Shown: positions 8,722-18,323, counted from the stretch's first letter. The stretch is 20,000 nt of DNA from an uncultured virus (IMG/VR IMGVR_UViG_3300042860_003997) (IMGVR_UViG_3300042860_003997); one strand, 5' to 3'. Numbers and translations are program-made. The notes: generated by a model not told the origin, from the sequence alone.

Positions 8722-9738
8722 TTAGAGAGCACCAAGGAGAACTCTACGATTGTCTAGAACAGCAAAACCTTGCTCGGCCCAGCCGTAGAAGCCTGCTCTC
8801 TTCTGACGATGTAGTGTATCGTCTTCGAAGATTTGAACTTCTTGGCGAACTGGCATTATAAAGCTGTCTCTCTTACGTAGATCAAGACCAACAACAAGTT
8901 CAACCTTCTGGAAAGTTTCATCGCCGGGTAGTGAACCGCCGAGGATGTTTTCATAGAATAGTTGATATTGCTGACCTTCACCTAGCTCATCACGATCATG
9001 AAGATTAATACCAAATACACGGTTAAGAGTACCGTCGGCTGCTGTGTAGATTTCACGACGAGTTACTTCGTCGATCTGATCTAGACCCCAGTTACGGATA
9101 TCTTCCATAGCTTCTGGACTAACATAAAGATCTGTGAGCATACCACGGTTGTTACTGGCAGAGTTACCGCCACCGTTTCTACGCATTACAGTCTTCATGA
9201 GACTTACTAATCTCTTGCTGAATTGACCATCATTAGCATCGGTATCATATACTACGATGTTGCGATCAACACCAGCAGCAAGAAGTGTATGCCAACCATC
9301 GTCATTCATCTTCTTAACAAATTGAGCTTCGAGAACTTCCATAGCACGACCAACAACGTCCCAGCGGGCGTCACGGGCATACTTTAGAAGATAGTCGATA
9401 CTAGCGCCAATGTCATAGGTTGGAACCATGACATAATCGCCCTCAACATGCTTCTGTGGAATATAACCATGATTTGGGATGGTATAAGCCACGAAGTCTT
9501 TTTCAGTACCAGGAGCAAGGAAATCTAATGGGAATTCTGGAGTGGCACTTTGAGCAAGTTGGATTGGCTCGAAAATGTCATCTAGGATATTACCACTAAG
9601 AACGCCTTGACGTAGAGGAAGTTCTAGAGCCTTAGCAAATTCATGATTTGCAGCAAGAGCTTCTTCTTTGTGAGCAGAACCAGACTTAACAAGAAGATCT
9701 GTTAATTCTGATGTTGGTTCAAATTTTCTATTGGCCAT
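8722..9738 (-). CDS. Major capsid protein (HK97 fold likely), 338 aa
   Basis: Start reassigned to ATG 9738 (AGGGAGA RBS). Follows scaffold and decoration genes, ends at a strong terminator, and has an MCP-like C-terminus (GFYGWAEQGFAVLDNRRV). Confidence 0.85.
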   Translation of the reverse strand: MANRKFEPTSELTDLLVKSGSAHKEEALAANHEFAKALELPLRQGVLSGNILDDIFEPIQLAQSATPEFPLDFLAPGTEKDFVAYTIPNHGYIPQKHVEGDYVMVPTYDIGASIDYLLKYARDARWDVVGRAMEVLEAQFVKKMNDDGWHTLLAAGVDRNIVVYDTDANDGQFSKRLVSLMKTVMRRNGGGNSASNNRGMLTDLYVSPEAMEDIRNWGLDQIDEVTRREIYTAADGTLNRVFGINLHDRDELGEGQQYQLFYENILGGSLPGDETFQKVELVVGLDLRKRDSFIMPVRQEVQIFEDDTLHRQKRAGFYGWAEQGFAVLDNRRVLLGAL

Positions 9739-9752
9739 GTTTTTCTCCCTTA

Positions 9753-10211
9753 TCAAGTTATATTAATGTCTACTTTGATGTAACCATCGGCATCTAGAAC
9801 ACTTAGGAAACGACCAACCTTAACACTGTTTGTGCTAACATTGGTTAGTTTACCATTTGCACCATAATAAGCATCTTGCCCTATTGTTGGTGCTACGCCA
9901 GAAACAACCATATTTGTTGTTACTTGACCTTGGCGTAATAGTGTTACTTTACTACCTGTTTGAACTTCATCACGATGCCAGTTAATGTGTTGTCTTGTTA
10001 GATCAAGACTAACAACATCGTTTAGCAATAGGCCAGCTGGTTTGGTACCAGACTGTGAGGCAGAAACTGTTACTACGGCGAGTGAATCGTCCATAGCAAC
10101 GCCGCTACCACCAGTGCTGTGTACAACAACAACACCACGCTCTGCTGATGCATCATTGCAGAAGAATGAAATATCTGTGTAAGCTTCAACGCGATCTGAT
10201 TTTAAAGCCAT
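9753..10211 (-). CDS. Capsid decoration/cement protein
   Basis: 152 aa between scaffold and MCP; PAGLLL...VTLLRQGQV...IGQDAYYGANGKLT...VGRFLS pattern of decoration proteins; AAGGGAGA RBS. Confidence 0.65.
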   Translation of the reverse strand: MALKSDRVEAYTDISFFCNDASAERGVVVVHSTGGSGVAMDDSLAVVTVSASQSGTKPAGLLLNDVVSLDLTRQHINWHRDEVQTGSKVTLLRQGQVTTNMVVSGVAPTIGQDAYYGANGKLTNVSTNSVKVGRFLSVLDADGYIKVDINIT

Positions 10212-10213
10212 TG

Positions 10214-10840
10214 TTACTCTCCCTTATTAAGTTTTTTACCTAGTCTGATACAAACAAAGTCAACTAAGGCAGCTCTAGTGTTCTGCATTTCTGATTCTGT
10301 TTCGCTACCAACACTTAGATCAATTTCTTGATCATTTGTCTCAACATTTTCTAAAGCTAGCGAAACATCTTCGCTTTTGACTGTTGTTTCTTCTGCTTTA
10401 GTTTCTTCTTTCTTTTCTGTCTTAGCTGGTTTAACAGCAGCAACTAGAGCGGCAATACTTTCAAAAGCAGTGTCATCGAGATTTTCGAACTTATCAATAG
10501 TTGCACTAGCAACTTCTTCTTCAACACCACTTTCGATAAGAGCGGCCATTCTCTTCATTTTCTTTTCTTTCTTGGCCATCTCTTCTTCTTTCATTTTGTA
10601 GCCTGCTAAAACTTCATTAGCAGCATTAAGTTCAGCTTGAGCAACTTCAAGGGCAGCCTTCATCTTTTTCATTTCTTCTTCTTTCTTCATCATATCTTCT
10701 TTCATCTTTTTGGCTGCTTCGGCTTGCTCGTTTTCAACAGTTGGAGCAACGTCTGTGGCTTCTGTTTCAGTTACTGTTGTAACTTCTGTTTCGGCTACTG
10801 TTACTACTTCTTCTGTTGTTGTTGCGGATTCAACACTCAT
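10214..10840 (-). CDS. Nested in-frame scaffold protein (internal start, 208 aa)
   Basis: AAAGGAGA-ccaat-ATG at 10840 (Met284, MSVESATT), at the boundary of the acidic coiled-coil region, with GGTGTAT just upstream. Confidence 0.65.
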   Translation of the reverse strand: MSVESATTTEEVVTVAETEVTTVTETEATDVAPTVENEQAEAAKKMKEDMMKKEEEMKKMKAALEVAQAELNAANEVLAGYKMKEEEMAKKEKKMKRMAALIESGVEEEVASATIDKFENLDDTAFESIAALVAAVKPAKTEKKEETKAEETTVKSEDVSLALENVETNDQEIDLSVGSETESEMQNTRAALVDFVCIRLGKKLNKGE

Positions 10841-11689
10841 ATTGGTCTCCTTTAAATTGGCTTGATTTGAAAATACACCTTCTTCTACGGAATCGTCATT
10901 TTTTTCATTTAAAATTTTTATCATATTAGCAGATTCTGAAGTATTTTTTAGATTATCTTTCGTAAATATAATACTTTCTGGGTTAGCGGGTCTATTAACA
11001 AAACCCTTACCAGAAAATGTAATATTACGTAAAACCCTACCTATTTTATAGTTTTCATGTTCTCCTTGACCACCATATGCTCTTAAATGTTTTGTTAAAA
11101 ATGCTGTTTCTTCATTTCGTGGTAAAATATGATAACTACCATTACTCTTATTAATTAATCCATAATCAAAATTCTTAAAAAAGCATTCCATGCTAACATA
11201 TTTTTCGCCAGATTCTATCTCTTCAATTAAATTTTCGGCTCTTGCTCTTAATTCAGGTTCTGTAAAACCTTTGTATATTACTGATCCAGTTAATATATGA
11301 AACTTTTCTGGTAATTGATTTAATTCCATAGATTCATCCATCAACTCACCATTTTCGTTTATTGGCCAATTTGAGGTAATATGACCAACGATAGTTTTTT
11401 CGTCATGTTCTAGATTAGTGGGTTTGTGCATGGGTGTTGATCGTGCATTCCAAACTTCTAGTGCATCAAAAATATCGTCATTTTTATTCCAAGATGTGGT
11501 CACTAAAATAGACTGGGTATAGTATAAATCGGTATCCTCGATACCGGCTAAAGCTTTTAGGTTTTGTTTAACTTGTGAATTATTCACTTCATGATCAGAT
11601 TTTTCTAATAGTGAAGCATAAACAATAGAAGATTTTGCAGATAGGGTCTCAGTTAAACCATCCAATTTTTCGATTTCATAAATATGCAT
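10214..11689 (-). CDS. Prohead protease-scaffold fusion
   Basis: N-terminal NKNDDIF, NLEHD...IVGHI, VSMEC, FSGKGFVNRPANPES protease-like motifs; acidic coiled-coil C-terminal half; between portal and capsid genes. Confidence 0.75.
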   Translation of the reverse strand: MHIYEIEKLDGLTETLSAKSSIVYASLLEKSDHEVNNSQVKQNLKALAGIEDTDLYYTQSILVTTSWNKNDDIFDALEVWNARSTPMHKPTNLEHDEKTIVGHITSNWPINENGELMDESMELNQLPEKFHILTGSVIYKGFTEPELRARAENLIEEIESGEKYVSMECFFKNFDYGLINKSNGSYHILPRNEETAFLTKHLRAYGGQGEHENYKIGRVLRNITFSGKGFVNRPANPESIIFTKDNLKNTSESANMIKILNEKNDDSVEEGVFSNQANLKETNMSVESATTTEEVVTVAETEVTTVTETEATDVAPTVENEQAEAAKKMKEDMMKKEEEMKKMKAALEVAQAELNAANEVLAGYKMKEEEMAKKEKKMKRMAALIESGVEEEVASATIDKFENLDDTAFESIAALVAAVKPAKTEKKEETKAEETTVKSEDVSLALENVETNDQEIDLSVGSETESEMQNTRAALVDFVCIRLGKKLNKGE

Positions 11690-11706
11690 ATTATTAACCC
11701 TTATTT

Positions 11707-13926
11707 TTAGGACTCATTAGTGGGGTTATACACCGTTTGATAGAAATAGGCTTTGGTATACTTTAATTCTTCGGCTGTGGGGATTCTATTAATCTCACTA
11801 GAGATAGCCTTAATTAAATTATAGTATTTAGATACTTTTAGATTATTATCAATACTATTGATAGTATTGAGTTTTGCTAAAACTACTTCTTCTGTTATCG
11901 TAGCAAATGGATCCAAAGAAAAAAAGATTTTAGTTTTTGTAGCTTCTGCTTCATCGTACTCAGTTTTTGATAAGCTACGCATATTTTTTTTGTTATAGAA
12001 TTCTAATAATTGTGGATTTAAAATATCTGTAATTTTATCTTGGGCTTCAATAGACCATAGATATAAAGATGCTCCTGTTTGTGGGGCAAAATCTTTAGTT
12101 TTACGTTTCTTACTATCTTTAGAATTTTTAGGACGTCCTTGTTGTGGTTGTCCTTTAGGAGCTGACTCTTGATTTACTCCGCCTCCACCAAATGGCAATT
12201 TAGGTATAGCAAATTCTGACTTCACCTCAACAGCATTCATTTCGCCTTTCTTTTTTGGTTCTAGTTCTAGTCCTACTTGACTAGGAGTGGCTAGCCCTAA
12301 CTGTAAAGCCATCTTACGCATACTATTATCAAAAGTACCACCATCAAAAAATGGACCAGCCTTTTGTACCATACGATCACTATTTCTTTCTCTGCTTTCT
12401 CTATTAAGTCTACTCTTTTCAATTTCAGGATCAAAACCAAATGCTTTCTGTAGCATTTCATCGCTGATAAGATTTCTATCTGCTAATTGTACGAGTAATG
12501 CCTTTTCAGCATCTTCATTACTAAGATCCATTCTATCAAATTCAATTTTTGCTGGAAATCTAAAGCCCATCGCCTTTTGAACCATAGTAATTTCATTTTT
12601 CCAAAATGCCATTAAGACTTTGCGACCATATTGTAGTCTTTGTGTTAATGTTTTTAGACTAATAAAATTATTTGTTGTTCCAGCAGCACCAAACGTTCCG
12701 GTTAGGGTGGGAGGAATGCCAAGACCAGCATAAATACTATTTAAGTGAGGAGTATATTTACCCTCTCCTAAGAATTGATGAACACTAGTTTTACTTTCAA
12801 TTAATTCAAGATCCGGACCCCATACTAAATCCATTGTACCGCCACCAACATTAGCCTGTAATATACTACTAAGTTTACTAGCAGCAGCTTGTGTTGGAGC
12901 AATCTTGTGTTCTAAGCTACCAAGTTTAAAAATACGAATATTACTGATAGCACCATCAAGAGCGGCAAGGTCTGCGAGCTTTAGTTTTTCAACAATACTA
13001 ATATCGTCCATAATACTATAGATCATGGGAAATGCCCAAGTTTTCCAATCGTCTTTTTTATAGTGAAATACTAATGTCTTTTCTGGATCTAATAAATATG
13101 GCTTTTTACTCTTAGCTGCTTCAACTATAGCTGCTGGTAATTGATCTATAATAGATTTTTCAGCTTCGTTTTTAGGAGCATTAATAATTTTTCTTAACGA
13201 TGCTGGAATTGTAATGTAATAATTTTTCTTCCCTACGAACGATGCCAATGATGCTCCTGCAATATCAACTACTCTTGGATCAATAAAAGTATACTTCCAA
13301 GGTATTTCTCTTTTTTCAACTATTGGTTCATCATTAGTAACGATAAAATCAGGAGATGCTTTAGCCTTATACATATCTTCTGCAACTTTAACACTAATCT
13401 TTGCTGTTTGACGATTAATAACTACATTACCAACACGATATAAATGATTTAAAAATCTTTCACTACGTTCTTCGCCTTTGACTTTTTCAAACCAATTACG
13501 ATAGAATCTTTCTATTCTTTTATTGGGATGAACAAGACGAATACCCTGACTAGCAAAATCACCCATAAGGTCAATAACGTTTTTAACTAAACCAACACGA
13601 TTATAGATTTGATCTGCCATAGCAAAAATAGCTTTGATTTCTGTTGGAATAGCTTCGTCTGGACGAAAATAATCATAATCACTTTTTGTTAAACCAGGAC
13701 GGCCAGATGTTTGACCATCAAGATTCATGAAGTTTCTAAAGCGACTAGTTGCAGCAGTAGTTTTGTTGCTAAAAAGGCCATATTCATCCAAGCTTCTGGA
13801 TGATTCATCTAAGGCTTTTTGCTTACTGGCTAAATCATTATCGTCCCATGTAACATATGCATTATCTGGCATAACATTAGGAGCTATCGGTATATTATCG
13901 CTTTTTATAGGTTTTTTTCTTGGCAT
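11707..13926 (-). CDS. Portal protein
   Basis: 739 aa directly downstream of TerL; GLVKNVIDLMGDF and SIYAGLGIPPTL portal-like motifs. Confidence 0.8.
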   Translation of the reverse strand: MPRKKPIKSDNIPIAPNVMPDNAYVTWDDNDLASKQKALDESSRSLDEYGLFSNKTTAATSRFRNFMNLDGQTSGRPGLTKSDYDYFRPDEAIPTEIKAIFAMADQIYNRVGLVKNVIDLMGDFASQGIRLVHPNKRIERFYRNWFEKVKGEERSERFLNHLYRVGNVVINRQTAKISVKVAEDMYKAKASPDFIVTNDEPIVEKREIPWKYTFIDPRVVDIAGASLASFVGKKNYYITIPASLRKIINAPKNEAEKSIIDQLPAAIVEAAKSKKPYLLDPEKTLVFHYKKDDWKTWAFPMIYSIMDDISIVEKLKLADLAALDGAISNIRIFKLGSLEHKIAPTQAAASKLSSILQANVGGGTMDLVWGPDLELIESKTSVHQFLGEGKYTPHLNSIYAGLGIPPTLTGTFGAAGTTNNFISLKTLTQRLQYGRKVLMAFWKNEITMVQKAMGFRFPAKIEFDRMDLSNEDAEKALLVQLADRNLISDEMLQKAFGFDPEIEKSRLNRESRERNSDRMVQKAGPFFDGGTFDNSMRKMALQLGLATPSQVGLELEPKKKGEMNAVEVKSEFAIPKLPFGGGGVNQESAPKGQPQQGRPKNSKDSKKRKTKDFAPQTGASLYLWSIEAQDKITDILNPQLLEFYNKKNMRSLSKTEYDEAEATKTKIFFSLDPFATITEEVVLAKLNTINSIDNNLKVSKYYNLIKAISSEINRIPTAEELKYTKAYFYQTVYNPTNES

Positions 13927-13976
13927 AATAGTATTATAATAGTATTGTAATAAGTATTAATTTAATAATACACTAG

Positions 13977-16004
13977 TTATCTATAAATTCCACCATATAT
14001 ATTAGCATTTGCATTGTCTGTAAACCAGCTTGGCCCTTTATACATTTGCCCCTCTTTTTTTTCAACATCGGCCAAATTATTACCAATAACATCAAATTGT
14101 GTTGGCTCTAAAGTTCTACTCATTTGACGAGCTAACATATTAGCTATTAATAAAGCGCTATATCGGTCTTTTCTTAATTTACCCTTTTTACCATTTGGTA
14201 ATTTAATTTCTGGAGTATCCCACCGATCACGAGCATTTGGTCCGGTACTAGTTTGTGTCATAACAATAGTAGTTAATTCATTCTTAAGTTCTTCTATTTC
14301 TAACACACATTCGCTTTCACTATCATATAGATTACTAAGATCAGCAGTCATAATATCTTTATTTTCTCTATCCAGAGCCAACGCTAGAGTAATTTGATCA
14401 AAACGTGGAAATAATAATACTTTATCTTCTAAGTCTTTTCTTAAACCATGATTAGCCTGTGCTGTCCAATCTGCTCGTGCAAATTGCACTAATTCTAAAA
14501 TATGTAAACCAGATTGATCATCAGTATCCTTTGGTTTATTTATATCTATTACTGGCCATATTAAATTTTCACCCTCTTCTAACTTACCAGGATCATGTAG
14601 AGCCTCTTCTACTGCAACACCACCACCCTGAGCATCCATGCCAATACGAGTACAAGGAAAAATTTTCATCAGATTACGAATTTTCCTAGCACAGAAACCA
14701 TAAAAATCGTGCTCGTTTACTAGTCCTGTTTTCTGTCGATCTTTAAAATTATTTCTATTAGTACTCCATCCATAAACTATACGACTATGATCTTTATGTA
14801 ACTCTAAAATAACTATAGTAAAATTATCTTTTTCACTCGCTGGATCAATACCATAAATATATTGAAGATCAGGATTGCCTTTGGTACTCACATCAAATAA
14901 AACATTATTTCCATTAACACTAATTGGTCTAGATTCATTAGTAACACAACTCTCAATAAGACTACGCCTAAAGAATCCATCACTATCTTCTGTAAAACAA
15001 GCAGCATATTCCATATTATATATGCCAGTATGAATAGTAGCCTTAGCTCTACTTACTTGTTTGTCATCCATGAATCCTTTTGGAATTAACTCGTATGGAA
15101 TACGAATAATACTATAGTCTTTCCAATTAAAACTATCTGGTACTTCACCCTTAAAGATTTCTTCTAGTTTATGCTTATCTCCCTTGCTATTAATAATAGC
15201 TTTGTATCTTTTCCAGTAGCTGGCAAAATGCTTAAAACTATAGTCTGCGGTACCAGCAATAATAGCTTGGTTACCCTTTTTAATTTGTACTGCCTCTAAT
15301 TCATCATTCCATAATCCAGCCTCTAACATTGCTGCTTTTTTAGCTTCCTCTTTAACGTTCTGAATAGGACTGGCACTTACAGCAGCGAACCCTGATACTA
15401 CTGTCTCATAAATATCTGGTGAGATTGATGCGAACTCGTCTGCGATGATAATGTGTGCTCTTAAACCTCTGATCTTACTACCATCGCCCATAGGAACCGC
15501 AATTGTCCAACTTTCGCCCAGTCTCATAGTGCATCTGTCAACATCTCGACGCGGACCATCATCGTTTCCACTAAAGATGCTACGAAGAATGGGACTATTA
15601 CGCCACAACGTTTCCATATATTCGAATATGATTTTACTCTGTCGGAAAGCTGCACCAACCACAACAATCTTTGTTCCAGGAACCAGTATGCACCTAAGCG
15701 TACAATACATAGCCATAAGAAAACTTTTACCGAAACCACGAGAGGCCACAAACATAGGAAATGGTCGTAACCAAAACTCTTGTAGTATTGCTATTTGAAT
15801 AGGATGAAGTTCAATATCAAATAATAGTTTCGCTGTGGTTCCAAAATAATGAGGATCTCGTAATAGTCTTAACAAATGAAGATCAGGATTTTCTATATCT
15901 TCTTTGGTTCGGCCAATCATGTGATTGGTCGGAATAATTATTTGACTAAGATCTCCAAGTCCTAGCCACGCATTGTCATATAGTAGATTACTTTTTAGTA
16001 CCAT
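13977..16004 (-). CDS. terL: Terminase large subunit
   Basis: HPIQ Q-motif, Walker A ASRGFGKS, IRGLRA, Walker B IIIADEF, RNase H-like YGIDPA...KDRYSAL. Confidence 0.95.
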   Translation of the reverse strand: MVLKSNLLYDNAWLGLGDLSQIIIPTNHMIGRTKEDIENPDLHLLRLLRDPHYFGTTAKLLFDIELHPIQIAILQEFWLRPFPMFVASRGFGKSFLMAMYCTLRCILVPGTKIVVVGAAFRQSKIIFEYMETLWRNSPILRSIFSGNDDGPRRDVDRCTMRLGESWTIAVPMGDGSKIRGLRAHIIIADEFASISPDIYETVVSGFAAVSASPIQNVKEEAKKAAMLEAGLWNDELEAVQIKKGNQAIIAGTADYSFKHFASYWKRYKAIINSKGDKHKLEEIFKGEVPDSFNWKDYSIIRIPYELIPKGFMDDKQVSRAKATIHTGIYNMEYAACFTEDSDGFFRRSLIESCVTNESRPISVNGNNVLFDVSTKGNPDLQYIYGIDPASEKDNFTIVILELHKDHSRIVYGWSTNRNNFKDRQKTGLVNEHDFYGFCARKIRNLMKIFPCTRIGMDAQGGGVAVEEALHDPGKLEEGENLIWPVIDINKPKDTDDQSGLHILELVQFARADWTAQANHGLRKDLEDKVLLFPRFDQITLALALDRENKDIMTADLSNLYDSESECVLEIEELKNELTTIVMTQTSTGPNARDRWDTPEIKLPNGKKGKLRKDRYSALLIANMLARQMSRTLEPTQFDVIGNNLADVEKKEGQMYKGPSWFTDNANANIYGGIYR

Positions 16005-16458
16005 ATTTTTCGTATATTCTTTTCATAATACTAACAGCTACTCTTTCAGCATTCTCGGCATCATCACAAAATAGTATATGAATATTATAGTTTAATTGTG
16101 CTTCTATTAAATATTTCATAATATAATTACCACTAATACGCAACTTGTCCCACATTTTCTTAGGAACATCACTACCCACAGGAAACTGATAAATTTCATC
16201 CAAACTAAATTCCATAATCATGAAACTATGTGGTATACTTCCCAAACGCTCTAATACATCTTTAAATCGACTTTCTGTAATATTATTAGCAATTTCACTA
16301 ACGCTCTTTTTTCTTTCTATAGTAAATAAGCTTTCAAATCCTTCTATACTATAATCCCCAGTATCTAATTTACGTTTAGCAGTATTGTGAAAGCCAAATT
16401 CCCATGGCATCTGCTCTCTGGTATCTACTATTATAGTAAAAGGATCATTACTTTTCAT
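15988..16458 (-). CDS. ERCC4/XPF-family nuclease
   Basis: IIVDTREQ...LDTGDYS...TIERKKS signature. Confidence 0.8.
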   Translation of the reverse strand: MKSNDPFTIIVDTREQMPWEFGFHNTAKRKLDTGDYSIEGFESLFTIERKKSVSEIANNITESRFKDVLERLGSIPHSFMIMEFSLDEIYQFPVGSDVPKKMWDKLRISGNYIMKYLIEAQLNYNIHILFCDDAENAERVAVSIMKRIYEKYGTKK

Positions 16459-16729
16459 TGGAAGCTCGTAGTTTATTTAGTATTAGTGTGCTAAAAAATT
16501 GACTATAATTTTCTTCGTTATCTTTTATAAGATCATGATGAATTTTGCAGAGACAAATACCGTTTTGAGGATGGTATCTTAAGCCGGGAAAATCGGCCCA
16601 TTTTTGAATATGATGAGCATGAATTTTATAGTGGCTTTTACAACCGGGCCATTGACAAGTATTTTTATCTCTTGTTTTTATTAATTTTCTCCATTGTTTA
16701 TATTGAGGATCATTGTAATTCCGAGTCAT
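16448..16729 (-). CDS. HNH endonuclease
   Basis: RDKNTCQWPGC...HAHHI...NGICLCKIHH. Confidence 0.9.
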   Translation of the reverse strand: MTRNYNDPQYKQWRKLIKTRDKNTCQWPGCKSHYKIHAHHIQKWADFPGLRYHPQNGICLCKIHHDLIKDNEENYSQFFSTLILNKLRASNEK

Positions 16730-17531
16730 TAAGATTTACTGCCTCCTCATTTAGTATGGGGCAATCAACACTATGATCAGAATATTGATGATATCCATAA
16801 AGGGTCTGTTTAGCTTTTTCTGTAGCCAAGGCCAATATTTCCATCTCACGACCTTCTTTTTCTCGTATCTCTTCGTCTTCTAGCATACGTATTAAACCAA
16901 CCCAGCTACTTTTACCATCTTCGATTCTTTTAATACGTTGCTCTCTCGTAGCCTTAAGGTCCTTGCTAATTTTTTGTTGCTCGTTTAAAAGCTTAGTATA
17001 TTCATTTGTATAACTTGCTATACTGTTGCGGGCGAAACTTAATTGAGCTTCTAAATTAGCGAGTTTAGGAATGTCTCGTTGATCTTCGGGCTTTTCGTAT
17101 TCTTTATCAACCAATTTTTGTAATTTTTCAGTTTCACTAATGTGTCGTTTTCGCTCTTTCATGCTACGATTAATAAGAATATCTATGGTGATAAACTGTT
17201 TGATCTGAAGTTCTTCGGCGGGCAAAACGTCTTCTCTGAATTGTTTAATAAGGCCAATCCACGTATTTTCAAAGTATTCTAATTCGCCCGTGTGTTCATC
17301 AAACTGTCGTACTATTTCGGTCCAGAAAGTTTTACTTCGTAGCTTGCGCCGAAGAGTTTCATTCTCATTTTTTTCTTCGCTGCTAAATAATTGATTTTCA
17401 TCAATATAACGATTGACTGGTTCCACATTACGATTAAGTTGCTCTGCAATAGCTTCTATGCTAAGAGAGTTAATATTATCAGTAATAAATTTCTCTTCGT
17501 CTAAACTTAGTTGTCCGCGTTTTTTAGCCAT
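16710..17531 (-). CDS. HTH/coiled-coil protein, possible terminase small subunit
   Basis: N-terminal HTH-like LSIEAIAEQLNRN, long coiled coil, upstream of TerL. Confidence 0.4.
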   Translation of the reverse strand: MAKKRGQLSLDEEKFITDNINSLSIEAIAEQLNRNVEPVNRYIDENQLFSSEEKNENETLRRKLRSKTFWTEIVRQFDEHTGELEYFENTWIGLIKQFREDVLPAEELQIKQFITIDILINRSMKERKRHISETEKLQKLVDKEYEKPEDQRDIPKLANLEAQLSFARNSIASYTNEYTKLLNEQQKISKDLKATREQRIKRIEDGKSSWVGLIRMLEDEEIREKEGREMEILALATEKAKQTLYGYHQYSDHSVDCPILNEEAVNLNDSELQ

Positions 17532-18174
17532 GGTCGTTCATGATCTCCTGTAGTTTAGATGTTAACTTATCCATATCGCTCTTGGTTACTTTGGATCCGT
17601 TCTTAACTTTAAGATATATTGTGCGATATTCTCCTGTTAAGTGTGTTTCTACCAACTTAAAAATTTCGTTGGATGCTATGGAATTTGTTAATAAACTATC
17701 ATCACTACTAAAAGCGTTTCCGTAATCTTTAATTTCATCAATGGTGGTAAGGTGCATAAGATTCTTTTTGGTATTATTACGACTTAGCCAATTCTCATAT
17801 AGTTCACAGTCTTCTTTGTTAGAGTAGTCAACACAACCACTAATGCTCTTTTTGCAGTGGGGGTCGTATAGGGGACAACTCAAACACGGTTTGTCTGGTC
17901 GTTGATAGTTATCTCTTTTGTAGTTGAATAGTCGATTTCGAACGTGGGTCCAAAGAAAGTTTTCGAGGGGCCTTTTGTGGTCGTAATTTTTTAAGCCTTC
18001 CAAAGCAAATATGCTAATCTGCTGTTTCATATCGTCGTAGTCATGATAACCAAATTTAAATTTGTAGGCTAATTTTTTTGCTATTATATTAACTACATTA
18101 AGAAATTCGTTTTCATCAACTGTTAGTGGATGTTTCGTTTTGAGTTTCGTCGGTGTCTTTTTGGGTTTTTTCAT
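17524..18174 (-). CDS. Sigma70-family-like phage transcription factor with Cys-rich insert
   Basis: Region 2-like DDMKQQISIFALEGLKNYD...LENFLWTHVRNRLFNYKR, then CLSC..C..C..C, then a short region 4-like tail. Confidence 0.7.
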   Translation of the reverse strand: MKKPKKTPTKLKTKHPLTVDENEFLNVVNIIAKKLAYKFKFGYHDYDDMKQQISIFALEGLKNYDHKRPLENFLWTHVRNRLFNYKRDNYQRPDKPCLSCPLYDPHCKKSISGCVDYSNKEDCELYENWLSRNNTKKNLMHLTTIDEIKDYGNAFSSDDSLLTNSIASNEIFKLVETHLTGEYRTIYLKVKNGSKVTKSDMDKLTSKLQEIMNDHG

Positions 18175-18286
18175 TTATTAATTGTGCTATGGTTTTGGTA
18201 CCTTCTTTGGCCAAATCATCTTGTATATTAAGATTTTCTGTAGCAGTAACATGAAGGGTACTGGGGGAAATATGGTCAATATTCAT
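18116..18286 (-). CDS. Small hypothetical protein (56 aa)
   Basis: ATG 18286 with AGAGGT RBS; overlaps the start of the sigma-like gene. Confidence 0.45.
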   Translation of the reverse strand: MNIDHISPSTLHVTATENLNIQDDLAKEGTKTIAQLINEKTQKDTDETQNETSTNS

Positions 18287-18295
18287 AAAAACCTC

Positions 18296-18323
18296 TTGCG
18301 TTAAAGTGACCAAAGTATATTAT
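18296..18323 (+). promoter_or_regulatory. Possible sigma70-like promoter for the divergent HTH gene
   Basis: TTGCGT-N16-TATTAT. Confidence 0.4.

Noticed and set aside
9738..9756. ORF-track TTG start for the major capsid protein
   Set aside because: ATG at 9738 has a strong AGGGAGA RBS, so the extra MIREKN is probably not translated.
8722..16004. Intein or intron in TerL, portal or MCP
   Set aside because: Reading frames are continuous and I saw no intein junction or LAGLIDADG motifs.
2916..17725. Other short plus-strand ORFs and alternative-frame minus ORFs (14459..14689, 15524..15751) in the late operon
   Set aside because: They overlap well-supported genes and look like codon-bias artefacts.
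1..18290. Stop-codon reassignment
   Set aside because: Genes are intact and tightly packed under code 11, and TAA, TAG and TGA all end genes.
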